Shown in pieces: positions 31,901 through 41,513 of a stretch of DNA of 64,000 nt. The translations under genes were made by a program, and so were the position numbers. Under the pieces are notes generated by a model that saw only the letters and a program-made list of their open reading frames with translations, had not been told where the DNA came from and did not search any database. The stretch's first letter is position 1. Every line of letters starts with the position of its first letter. The stretch is from Bacteroidales bacterium (GTDB lineage: Bacteria > Bacteroidota > Bacteroidia > Bacteroidales > VadinHA17), in contig JAXHLF010000025.1 of NCBI GenBank assembly GCA_034522515.1, positions 32,498 to 96,497 of the forward strand, written 5' to 3'.

Positions 31901-33189
31901 ATAGAGCGTAAGGTCAAACCCGATGAGAAGATCATAATAGGGCATGTTGAAGATGCCGTCATTGCCGTTGAGATATGACGGCACAAAGATGACCTTCACC
32001 TTCTCTTCTTCGGTGTTTCGGATCTCCTCCCTCATGAGCTGGTTAATGACAGGATCGTCATTGACATAATGCAGCCCGTGAGTAAGGTATCTGTCGCCCT
32101 CGGTGATAAACGAGTTATTGTTCATTGCGGCGACCAGGTCCTGCTTCGGCCCCTTGTGGTATGCCGGCACCAGGATGAACGCAACGCACTGACGGTCAGC
32201 GTTTGCCTTCCTGTTAATTGCTCCAAGCGATGAGAGGAACAGGTCAATGCCCTTGTTCCTGTATTCATACCTGCCGCTGGTCGACACCAGGAGGGTGTCG
32301 GCGGGCAAAGTATAACCGAGTAATGCTCCGGCAACAGTGAGCAGCTTGTCCCTTGCAGCCTTCCGTGCAGCCTCGAAGTTTTCCGGGGCAGGGACAAATG
32401 TGTCTTCGAACCCGTTGGGGGTAATAACGTCTGGCTTCTTACCGAGGAACGCCTCACACTCGCGTCCTGTGATCTCACTCACGGTGGTGAAGACATCTGC
32501 CTCGGCGGCACTTAACTTCTCGAGTGACTGTTTGGAGATGACGTTGAACTCCAGATGCGATATGCGCAGGGTTGAACTCCTTCATCCTGCTGTAGAGCTG
32601 CCTGTTGTTGCCTGCTATGCTGCGACCAAGGACCGTGGCATGGGTGGTGAACGCGGTGGTGATCCACGGTACATTCTTTTCGAGATACAGAACGCCCATG
32701 CCCGTCATCCACTCATGGAACTGTGCGACAACTCTCGGATACTCGCGGTAATAATTGGTAAAGCTCTCAATCACTTTCCCTGCCGCATAACCGAAGAGGG
32801 CCGGCTCAATATAATCCCACTGTCCCGCAATACTGTCGAGGTGATAAGTCTCCCAGAAACGTGCAAAGATCTCATTCTGCTGCCCGAAATAGGAGGTGAA
32901 GTCTATGAGCATCACACGCGGGTTACCCTTTATGTTCCAGCGCCCCATCCGTACATTCAGTCCTTCCTGGGCTGCCACAGCCTTCCATGACTGAAACATG
33001 GTGTCATCCGGTGTGAACTCCGGGGTTCGACTGGTCGTCACGCCAGACATCAGGCCCTATAAGTATATAATTGTCGCCAAACTCATAAGAAACGTTCAGC
33101 GCCTTGGTCGAAATGACTGTATAAATACCACCTACCTTATTGCATACTTCCCAACTTGTCTCAAATAAAAAATCAGCTTTCTTCTCCAT
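28955..33189 (-). CDS. Fusion protein: GT3 glycogen synthase (N-terminal) + GT35 alpha-glucan phosphorylase (C-terminal), about 1410 aa, 4 frameshifts
   Basis: The N-terminus [30 protein letters not shown] is the GT3 glycogen synthase signature. FHEWMTG and PNGF are in ORFs 33004..33189, 32475..33050 and the first part of 29846..32482. The same open frame runs on without a stop into the alpha-glucan phosphorylase motifs [34 protein letters not shown]. This continues in 29530..30012 ([42 protein letters not shown]) and 28955..29461. Frame breaks lie near 33040, 32550, 29875 and 29525. Confidence 0.8.
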
Positions 33190-33254
33190 ATAGTTAATAA
33201 TGAATTAATACGCCGAAGCGCATGAAGGTTATACATTGCTAAAGCCCGCAACAA

Positions 33255-34830
33255 CTATTTGACGGAGGGTTTTCTCCTCACCGCAGTTCCTGCTGAAGCA
33301 GCCTTCTTTGTTATAGCTTTCTTTGTTGCAGCCTTTTTTGCTGCAGGTTTTTTTGCTGCAGGTTTTTTTGCTGCAGGCTTTTTGGTAACGGCTTTTTCTG
33401 AGGATTGTTTTACAGCTGCAGCCTGTTTTGAGGATGATTTAACAGCTGCGCCATGTTTCACGGCTGCTGCACCAGCCCTGGTCTTTTTGGTGCTGATACT
33501 CTTTAGTCTGGCCCCACCTTTTTTCTTCTCCAGCTTTGACAGCTTTTCCTGCAGTTCGAGTATGAGGTGGTCCTTCGTCTCAATCGTCTGAGAGAGTCGA
33601 TTTATCTCCTCATCATGACCATCTATGGGGCACAGGGTGTTTAGTCTGATCTCGAAATCGCTCAGGACATTCATGTAATTCATGAAGGCCTGGTAGGGAT
33701 TCTCATAAGGGTTAAAATATGCATGCACGGCTCCGTCTGAGAAGAATTTGGTTGACATGTAATAAAAGTGGTCGCTCGACTGAAGGTAAACCCAGTCACG
33801 CTGGAGTTGGTCGGAGTTGCATTTGCCGACCCTGTCTGCCAGGCTGTACAGTTTTGTCACTGCGGCGGTCTGAAGCTCGTTGCCCATCCACGCGGTCAGG
33901 TCCCTCTCCTCATCAGCCCATGATATGGGTGAAGGAACATGGAGCAACGAAACTGGCTGATAAAGATCAGCTATCTCTGACACGGTCATGAAGTTGAAAG
34001 GTGTCTTTTTTATAATGGCATCGGGCATATGCTTAAGGAAGTCGAAAATGCCCGTCTCCTTCTTCTGGTGTTCACCGAAGGTCTCATAATCCATGAAAAT
34101 GTTCACTATCTCCGAAGTGGAGGCCAGACCCTTGACCCATGATGCGTACTTATCAGCCGTAAGTGGATAGCTTGCCCAGTTTTTGTTTGAGAACCGGAAG
34201 GCGATGTCATCACTCAGGGTGTAGTTGCGGAGGAGCACCTTAAGCCTGGGGTTGATGGCGTTGCAATAGAGGTAGTTGGGCGATTTCCAGCCGAGGATGT
34301 GCTTGGCACCCTCCGTAACTACTGCCTTGTAACCCATCTCTGCCATCCAGCTGCCAATCACATCAGAGTATATGAGCTCGGTGTTTCTGATTGAAGTGGG
34401 TTCGTATCCGACATGCTCTTTCATTTTCTCGCGGTGGACATTGACCTGCAGTTCATACCTCTCACGGCTCATCAGTGAGGCAAGCGAGTGAGAGTTGGTC
34501 TCGGCAAGAAACTCAACACACCCTGTCTCTGCCAGCTCCCTGAACGAGGCGAGCACCTCCGGGGCATAAAGCCTGAACTGGTCGATGACAATTCCCGTAG
34601 AGGGAGAAGGTTACCTTAAACTTGCCCTTGTGCTTGCGGATAAGATCAAGAAGAATCCTGTTGGCAGGCAGGTAACAATTCGAGGCGATCTTGCGAAGGA
34701 TCGACTCATTCATGAAATCATCATAGTAATAATGCTCATGGCCCATCTCAAAAAAGCGGTAACGTCTGAGCCTGAAGGGCTGATGGACCTGAAAATAAAG
34801 GCAGATGGCCTTTTTCTGTGGTGTGCTCAT
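33255..34830 (-). CDS. GH57 family glycoside hydrolase (alpha-amylase-like) with K/A-rich C-terminal tail, frameshift near 34600
   Basis: ICLYFQVHQPFRLRRYRFF is the GH57 N-terminal motif, in ORF 34513..34830. The body is in ORF 33255..34556 (FMDYETFGEHQ...). The last 90 aa or so are low complexity and include KKPAAKKPAAKKPAAKKAATKK. Confidence 0.8.
33333..33377 (-). repeat. 15-bp tandem repeat x3 encoding (KKPAA)n in the GH57 tail
   Basis: On the plus strand, TTTTTGCTGCAGG(T/C)T repeats three times head to tail. Confidence 0.8.
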
Positions 34831-36131
34831 ATCTTATAACTTGTCTGTTTCAAAACATCCTTGTAAATACTCTTGACATGACTGGCTGCCTTCTCCCACT
34901 TCAGTTTGTCAACCTCCTCCTTGCCATTCATAATAAACATCCTCGAGAGTGCCGGATAGGTCAGTATCCCGTATATGGCATCAGCCATGGCCTCTATATC
35001 CCAGAAATCGACCTTTACTGCATGAGTAAGCAGTTCGGCCACGCCGCTTTGCTTGCTGATGATCACAGGCACATTCGACTGCATTGCTTCCAGTGGCGAG
35101 ATGCCAAACGGTTCTGAGACGGATGGCATGACATATACATCACTCATTCGCAGCATTGTGAATACATCGTTACCGCGCAGGAACCCCGTAAAGTGGAACC
35201 TGTCAGTGATCTTCAGGTAAGCTGCGTGGCGCATCATGCGTTCCATCATGTCTCCCGAGCCTGCCATCACGAATCTTACGTTGGGCATGCGGGAAAGAAC
35301 CATCCTGGCGGCTTCAATAAAATATTCAGGGCCTTTCTGCAGGGTTATGCGACCCAGGAAGGTAACGATCTTGTCATCATAAGCCCGCTCGGGGATGTCA
35401 AATTCCGAATGATGAAGCGGTTCAACAGCATTGTATACCGTCTCCACCTTGTCGGGATCGATATTATACTTGCTTATGACTATTTCGCGGGTGAGGTTGC
35501 TTACCGTAATGATCTTGTCAGCGGCATCCATCCCCTCCTTTTCCATGTTGTAGACAACGGGGTTGACATTTCCTCCGCTACGGTCGAAATCGGTGGCGTG
35601 GACATGTATCACCAGCGGCTTGCCCGAGACCGCCTTGGCCGCTATTCCGGCCGGATAGGCGAGCCAGTCATGGGCATGGATTATATCAAATTCCTCCTCG
35701 GAGGCTATGACCTGCGCCACAACTGAGTACTTGTGTATCTCAGTCATCAGTGACGCTCCGTAACTGCCACTGAAATCAACCATGCCCTGCTGGTTGGTCT
35801 CCACCAGAACATCGGAATCAGCGACCTCGCCGCGCGTCATCTTCCAGAAGTCCTCCGGATCAGTATAAGGAACAAGCTTTGAGAAGACTTCGATCTTGTC
35901 TACAGGTTTGAGAAAGTAATTGTACTTTACCTTTTTAAAGGCGACGGGGATGGTGTTGGCGCCAATGAGTCTCACTATGCTCTGGTCTTCATCTCCGTAG
36001 GCTTTGGGGACGACAAAGAGCACCTCCACATCCTGCTGTGCTGCAAGACCGCGGGTGAGACCGTAACTGGCGGTACCCAGTCCCCCGGCAATATGAGGGG
36101 GGAACTCCCAACCAAACATCAGGACACGCAT
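34827..36131 (-). CDS. GT4 family glycosyltransferase (glycogen-locus associated)
   Basis: MRVLMFGWEFPPHIAGGLGTASYGLTRGLA, IIHAHDW and C-terminal PSVSEPFGISPLEAM are the GT4 E-x7-E region. The start is taken at ATG 36131. It overlaps the GH57 start by 4 nt. Confidence 0.8.
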   Translation of the reverse strand: MRVLMFGWEFPPHIAGGLGTASYGLTRGLAAQQDVEVLFVVPKAYGDEDQSIVRLIGANTIPVAFKKVKYNYFLKPVDKIEVFSKLVPYTDPEDFWKMTRGEVADSDVLVETNQQGMVDFSGSYGASLMTEIHKYSVVAQVIASEEEFDIIHAHDWLAYPAGIAAKAVSGKPLVIHVHATDFDRSGGNVNPVVYNMEKEGMDAADKIITVSNLTREIVISKYNIDPDKVETVYNAVEPLHHSEFDIPERAYDDKIVTFLGRITLQKGPEYFIEAARMVLSRMPNVRFVMAGSGDMMERMMRHAAYLKITDRFHFTGFLRGNDVFTMLRMSDVYVMPSVSEPFGISPLEAMQSNVPVIISKQSGVAELLTHAVKVDFWDIEAMADAIYGILTYPALSRMFIMNGKEEVDKLKWEKAASHVKSIYKDVLKQTSYKI

Positions 36132-36135
36132 ATCA

Positions 36136-38086
36136 TTATTTGTTTTCTTTATATTTCGTTTCAAGAAGGGTGAAAATGCGGAGCACCTCGCCCACGCTCC
36201 ACGCCTGTGATATTGCTCCCCTGGGTGTATGAGGCGGGTCACCGTCATAAATCTCTGAAATGGTTGAGATTCCTGCTTCCGTGAGCGTCTCCTCGAAGCC
36301 CATAATAAGCTTCCTTACCTTCGACGCTCCTCCTTCGCCATAGACCCGCAGCCAGCCTTCACAGAAGGGACCGGCCAGCCACGGCCATACCGTCCCCTGA
36401 TGATAGGCCTTGTCACGAACCTCCTGGGTGCCGCAATAGATGCCACAGTAACCCTCCTCGGCCGGAGAGAGGGTACGCAGACCCCGCGGTGTGACGAGCA
36501 CCCTGTTTGCGATGTCAAGAAGACTCTTCATCTGCTCCTTGGTAAGCATGGTATAAGGCAACGAAGTGGCAATTATCATGTTTGGCCTTACCTGCATGTT
36601 TCTCTCCTCTTCGTCATTGACGTAGTCAGCCAGGTAACCGAGCTCCTCATCCCAGAAGGTCTCAATAAATGATTTGCCTATCAGGTCCGGAAGCTTCTCC
36701 CACTCCTTCACAAATGTCCTGTTTTGTGCCCCGCGTGCACAGTCGAGTGCAAAGCATACGGCATTGTACCACAGGGCGTTTATCTCTACGGCATACCCGT
36801 TGCGGGGTGTTACCGGCACGCCATTCACCACCGCATCCATCCATGTCAGTGCCTTACCCGGTGCACCTGAATAGATAAGCCCGTTCTCTCTCATGTGTAT
36901 CCCGAACGAAGTACCGCTGCGGTAGGCGTTAAGTACCGCCGTCATGGCATCGCCGTAGCGCTTCCAGGCCTCTTTTGCCTCCAGCCCGTAACTGTAAACT
37001 GCCTGAAAAAACCAGAGCGGTGCATCAACGCTGTTAAAGGCAGGATTGTCATTGTCTCCCATATTGGGGAAGAGGCCTCCCTTCATGCGACGTACCTGGG
37101 TGTCAAGCACGGCGGCGTAGAGATCCTCGGAAGTGCGTGCCAGCGCCAGACCGGGGAGAGAGATGAAGGTATCACGCCCCCACGAGCCGAACCATGGATA
37201 ACCGGCAATGATATTTGTATCGTCACCCCTCTTCTCAATGAACTGCTGAGCCGCATTGCGCAGACTGTTCCCGAAATCGCTGCGCGGTATCTTTGACTTC
37301 ACCGTCCGGGTGAACTTCGTCTTGAATCCGGCGGGTGTCTCCTCCTTTGTAGAAGCCGAGATGACGATGACATCACCCTTGGCGGCATTGACCTCGAAGA
37401 AACCAGGTGAAAAAAGATCTTCTGAATAATCATAACCCCGCTTCTGCTCCTCAGTATATTCAACACCCTGGTACCAGTCAGGCCCGGGCACAAACTCAGA
37501 TTTCCCGGAAAGCTGCAAATTGAGCCATGGGAACCCGTCATACATTCTTATCCTGATCCCGTTCACCACCGGCTCAACCCGCGTGTTTGCCCACATGTTG
37601 GCATGCGTCAGCTGGTGAATGCTCCTGAAAGCCAGGAAAGGCCTGAACTGAAGCTTGACCGGCTCCTCGGCGTCAATAACAGTAAACCTGATCATCAGCT
37701 GCTCCTCATAATGAACCAGGATTCTCTCCTGCCTGAGAAAGACATTGCCTACCCTGTATGTCATGCCCGGGATATCCTGGACATCAAAATCCTCAACGTA
37801 TTTGTGGCCCTTGGGGCTATAGTAATCGCCATGGTACTTCCGGATGCCCGTATTGAAACTCTGGCCGTTGCTTACGACAGTGGTATCAAGGCTCGAAAGG
37901 AGCACATGCCTTTCACCGCCCAGCTCATCAACCGGACAAACAAGCCAGCCGTGATACTTCCTGGTGTTGCATCCCACAATGGTGGTCGATGAATAACTTC
38001 CTGCCCTGTTGGTGCGTAAAATCTCACGGCTTTAAAGAATACTCGAGGTTAACTACCTGAGCCTTATCAAACTTAATGTATCCCAT
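36136..38086 (-). CDS. Glycogen debranching enzyme-like protein (amylo-alpha-1,6-glucosidase domain), N-terminal frameshift near 38020
   Basis: GCNTRKYHGWLV, AGYPWFGSWGRDTFISLPG and YHQGTVWPWLAGPF are (alpha/alpha)6 amylo-1,6-glucosidase motifs. The true start MGYIKFDKAQVVNLEYSLK (ATG 38086) is in another frame. Confidence 0.8.
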
Positions 38087-38240
38087 AGTTCAAGGAGTTC
38101 CGTTTAACTGCTAAAAAGTCAGAAATAAACCGTATTAATTTAGTAACAAAAGAAATCAGAGATGCAGAAGTAAGCAAAAAAATCAGATTTATTATCAGAC
38201 CTGTGCCGGCACAATCATCCCGAAGGCTCTGAAAAATAGA

Positions 38241-38248
38241 TATCTTTG
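38241..38248 (+). promoter_or_regulatory. Bacteroidota -7 promoter box (TATCTTTG)
   Basis: Exact TAnnTTTG match about 45 nt upstream of ATG 38294. The flanking context (ATATCTTTGCAGT) is identical to the rplU box. Confidence 0.45.
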
Positions 38249-38293
38249 CAGTTCAGAAAGAGAACCTGCGTGCGTTTAAAAAGTTCATTCAAT

Positions 38294-39536
38294 ATGAAAG
38301 ATTTAATGACAGGAATGTCCGGAATAAGGTTTTATGTAATATCTGGTTGCCGGAGGGGGAATATATCCTTCTCCTGCTTACCGCCCTTGTTGCCGCCACC
38401 GGATGCGGGAATAAAGAATTCAAGATCAGCGGCACAATCGAGGGTGCAGGAACGGGCGAGTATCTGCTGCTCCGGGAGGTAAAGCCCGGATTCCTTCGAG
38501 CCCGATTGATTCAATGGTCCCGGAAAAGGACGGGAAATTTCTCAGCTTCAGGTCGGCCACAGAGTTGCCTGCCTTTTACATGCTGAGCATGGGAAGCGAC
38601 AATTTCCTGACGCTGCTCGTCTCTCCGGGCGATAAGATTGAGGTAAATGCGGCGGCTGGTTCACTTGACTCACCCGGGGTGCTGAACGGATCGGAGGAGA
38701 CCTCCACAATGCTGGGCTTCCGGAAGGATCACAGAGAGGTCATTGATGCACTGCAGTCACTGACGGATGTCTATAACGACAGCATCATGAGCCCGCAACT
38801 GCCATTGCTCATGGACAGCCTCGACAGGAGAGCCGCCGATATAGTGGACGCCTTCCGTGCAAAAGCGAAGGAGCTTCTTGAGGCTAACGGTTCATCGATG
38901 GTCTCGGTCTATCTGCTTAACCAGCAGGTGGTGCCCGGACTCCAGCTTTTTGACCCGTCAAAGGAGCCTGAATTATTCTACAGGGTTGACTCTGCACTTT
39001 ATGCCCTCTACCCGGAATCCGACCTGGTACTTGACCTGCATACCTTTGTGGCGCGATTGAGAAGCTCTGCCCCGGTGGCCATCGAAACAGCAGCTGCCGG
39101 CACAATGCCTGCCGTCGGAAAAACACTGCCGGAAATAGCACTCCCTGATCCTGAAGGCGACACGCTCAGGCTTTCATCCCTGCTTGGACGGGTGGTGCTC
39201 GTCGATTTCTGGGCCGCATGGTGCCCACCCTGCCGTGAGGAAAACCACAACCTCGTAAGCATGTACGACCAGTGGCACTGGCGAGGCTTCGACATCTTCC
39301 AGGTTTCACTCGACCTCAGGAAAGAGGAGTGGACGGAGGCGATAAGAAATGACAGGCTGGGGAGATGGAACCATGTCAGCGACCTGAAATACCGCGACTC
39401 GGAGGTGGTGAGGAGCTTAGGCCTGACGGAGATCCCCGCAAGTTACCTGATAGACCGCGAAGGCAGAGTAGTGGCAATAAACCTCAGGGGAGATGAACTC
39501 CGTAAAAAACTTGAGGAACTGCTGGGCGGACAGTAG
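38294..39536 (+). CDS. TlpA-like thiol-disulfide oxidoreductase lipoprotein (DUF4369-like N-domain + thioredoxin fold), frameshifted near 38500; start uncertain
   Basis: Lipobox LLLLTALVAATGC in ORF 38347..38586. The body is in ORF 38514..39536, with VLVDFWAAWCPPCREE (CxxC) and a TlpA/AhpC-TSA-like C-terminus. Confidence 0.75.
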
Positions 39537-39582
39537 CCAATCCCTATTTTTACTTTATTTGTACCAGAAATCGGAATTCATA

Positions 39583-40737
39583 ATGAAGAGGTATTTTTTG
39601 ATCTTTTTGACAGCTGCAATAATTGCAGGTTGCAACAGTGAAAACAATGTTACGATAAAAGGGACCTTCAGTGAAGGGAGAGAAGGGATAGTGTATCTCG
39701 ACAAGTCGGAGGTTGACCGCAGCAGTGTGATTGATTCGGCCGATATCAGGAGAGGTCGTTTTAAGTTCACCGCTGAGATCACCGGTCCGGAGTTCTTCCA
39801 GGTACGACTTGAAAACGGGGAATTCGTCGGGCTGCTGGCAATGCCCGGCGAGAACATCACTCTTCAATTCGGGAAGTCACCCCTGGCAACCGGTTACAGC
39901 GTAGCCGGTTCGCCGGGATCGGATGAGATCAAAGTGCTCGACCAGCAGTTAATGTCAACCAGGACCCGTCTCGATTCCATAAGGAAGATCTATTCGGGGC
40001 TCAGTGACGACGAGCTGGCAACAAGGGGTGCTGACCTTGAAAAAGCATTCGTCGATGTTGTTGATGCCCAGCGCAAATTCAACATCAAATTCATTATTGA
40101 GAATATCAGCTCCATGGCCGCAATACAGGCACTCTACCAGAGGATAGATGACAACACCTATGTCCTGTACCAGCCCCGTGACCTGCAGTACCTGAAGATC
40201 GTCTCCGACTCCCTGTCAGTGAAATACCCCGTCTCAAGACATGTCCGCGCCCTGAAGGAGAACGTCACATCAGAGCTGAACCAGATGTACATCAACCGTA
40301 TGGCGACCCTGGCATCGCAGCTTCCGGTGACAAACACCACTCCCCTCCTCCCTGATACGGAGGGAAAAATGGTCAGCGTATCATCACTAAGGGGCAAATA
40401 TGTGCTCGTATCGTTCTGGAGCACCGCCTCCCAGGAGTGCCTCAACGAGCTGCCTGCGCTGAAAGCTATCTGGTCGGCATACCACGGCAAGGGACTCGAG
40501 ATTTACCAGGTCAGCCTTGACACCGATGAAGAGAGATGGAAAAATGTTGTAAGGTTTGAGGAGATACCATGGATCAGCGTCAGGGAGGAGGATCCTGCAA
40601 ATCCTGCTTATTCACGGCTGATGAACATAAACAGCGTCCCCGCCAATCTGCTTTACGACCCGGAGGGTAACATCATCAACACCAACCTCTTTGGCCGTAA
40701 CCTGCAGATAAGGATGGATCAGCTGTTCAACAAATAA
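39583..40737 (+). CDS. Second TlpA-like thiol-disulfide oxidoreductase lipoprotein
   Basis: MKRYFLIFLTAAIIAGC lipobox. Same N-domain architecture (VTIKGTFSEG...) as its neighbour. The thioredoxin-fold site is VLVSFWSTASQEC, where the first Cys of the CxxC is replaced (SxxC). Confidence 0.75.
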   Translation: MKRYFLIFLTAAIIAGCNSENNVTIKGTFSEGREGIVYLDKSEVDRSSVIDSADIRRGRFKFTAEITGPEFFQVRLENGEFVGLLAMPGENITLQFGKSPLATGYSVAGSPGSDEIKVLDQQLMSTRTRLDSIRKIYSGLSDDELATRGADLEKAFVDVVDAQRKFNIKFIIENISSMAAIQALYQRIDDNTYVLYQPRDLQYLKIVSDSLSVKYPVSRHVRALKENVTSELNQMYINRMATLASQLPVTNTTPLLPDTEGKMVSVSSLRGKYVLVSFWSTASQECLNELPALKAIWSAYHGKGLEIYQVSLDTDEERWKNVVRFEEIPWISVREEDPANPAYSRLMNINSVPANLLYDPEGNIINTNLFGRNLQIRMDQLFNK

Positions 40738-40745
40738 CTATCATT

Positions 40746-41513
40746 TTGGCCGGCCGGAATACATACTTCGCCTCTGACTTTCACCTGGGACTGGCTGCTG
40801 GGACTGATCCGCGTGAGCGCGAGCGGAGAGTTGTCGCATGGCTCATCCAGGCATCGCATGATGCACAATCCATTTACCTCCTGGGTGACATTTTTGATTT
40901 CTGGTGGGAGTACAAAACAGTGATCCCTAAGGGCTTCACAAGGTTCCTCGGCACCCTGGCCTCTCTCACAGACCGTGGCATTGAGGTGCACGTCTTCACA
41001 GGCAATCATGACATGTGGATGAAAGACTATCTTGCCACTGAGTGCGGCGTCACCATCCATTACGGGCCACTCAGTACAAAGATCGGACATGAGCTGTTTT
41101 ACATTGCTCACGGGGAAGGCCTCGGAAGCCGGAGCATTGGAGGCAGGCTGCTCTTTGCCTCTTTCCGCAACAAGACGGCACGGAGATTTTATTCGGCCAT
41201 CCATCCGCGCTGGGGAATGGCCTTTGGTCATTCATGGTCAAAAAGCAGCCGGCTGGCCAAACATATCTCGCTTCCCTTCATGGGAGAAGAGAAGGAGGAT
41301 CTTATACGTCATACAAGAGAGGTGGCTGCCGGCGGTTGCAATGCGCGTTATTATATCTACGGCCACAGACACCTGCCCATGACCTTTGATGAGGAGGGCA
41401 GGAGAATGATAATACTGGGTGACTGGTTCAGCTGCAAGACAAGCTATGCGGTTTATGACGGGAAGGAGCTTACAATGGTAAGTGAGCCTTTAGTCCCTTT
41501 GCCCTTACCCTGA
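40746..41513 (+). CDS. lpxH: UDP-2,3-diacylglucosamine diphosphatase (LpxH-type calcineurin-like phosphoesterase)
   Basis: YFASDFHLG, LLGDIFDFWWEYK, GNHDMW and YGHRH are metallophosphoesterase motifs in the LpxH arrangement. TTG start. Confidence 0.8.
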   Translation: MAGRNTYFASDFHLGLAAGTDPRERERRVVAWLIQASHDAQSIYLLGDIFDFWWEYKTVIPKGFTRFLGTLASLTDRGIEVHVFTGNHDMWMKDYLATECGVTIHYGPLSTKIGHELFYIAHGEGLGSRSIGGRLLFASFRNKTARRFYSAIHPRWGMAFGHSWSKSSRLAKHISLPFMGEEKEDLIRHTREVAAGGCNARYYIYGHRHLPMTFDEEGRRMIILGDWFSCKTSYAVYDGKELTMVSEPLVPLPLP

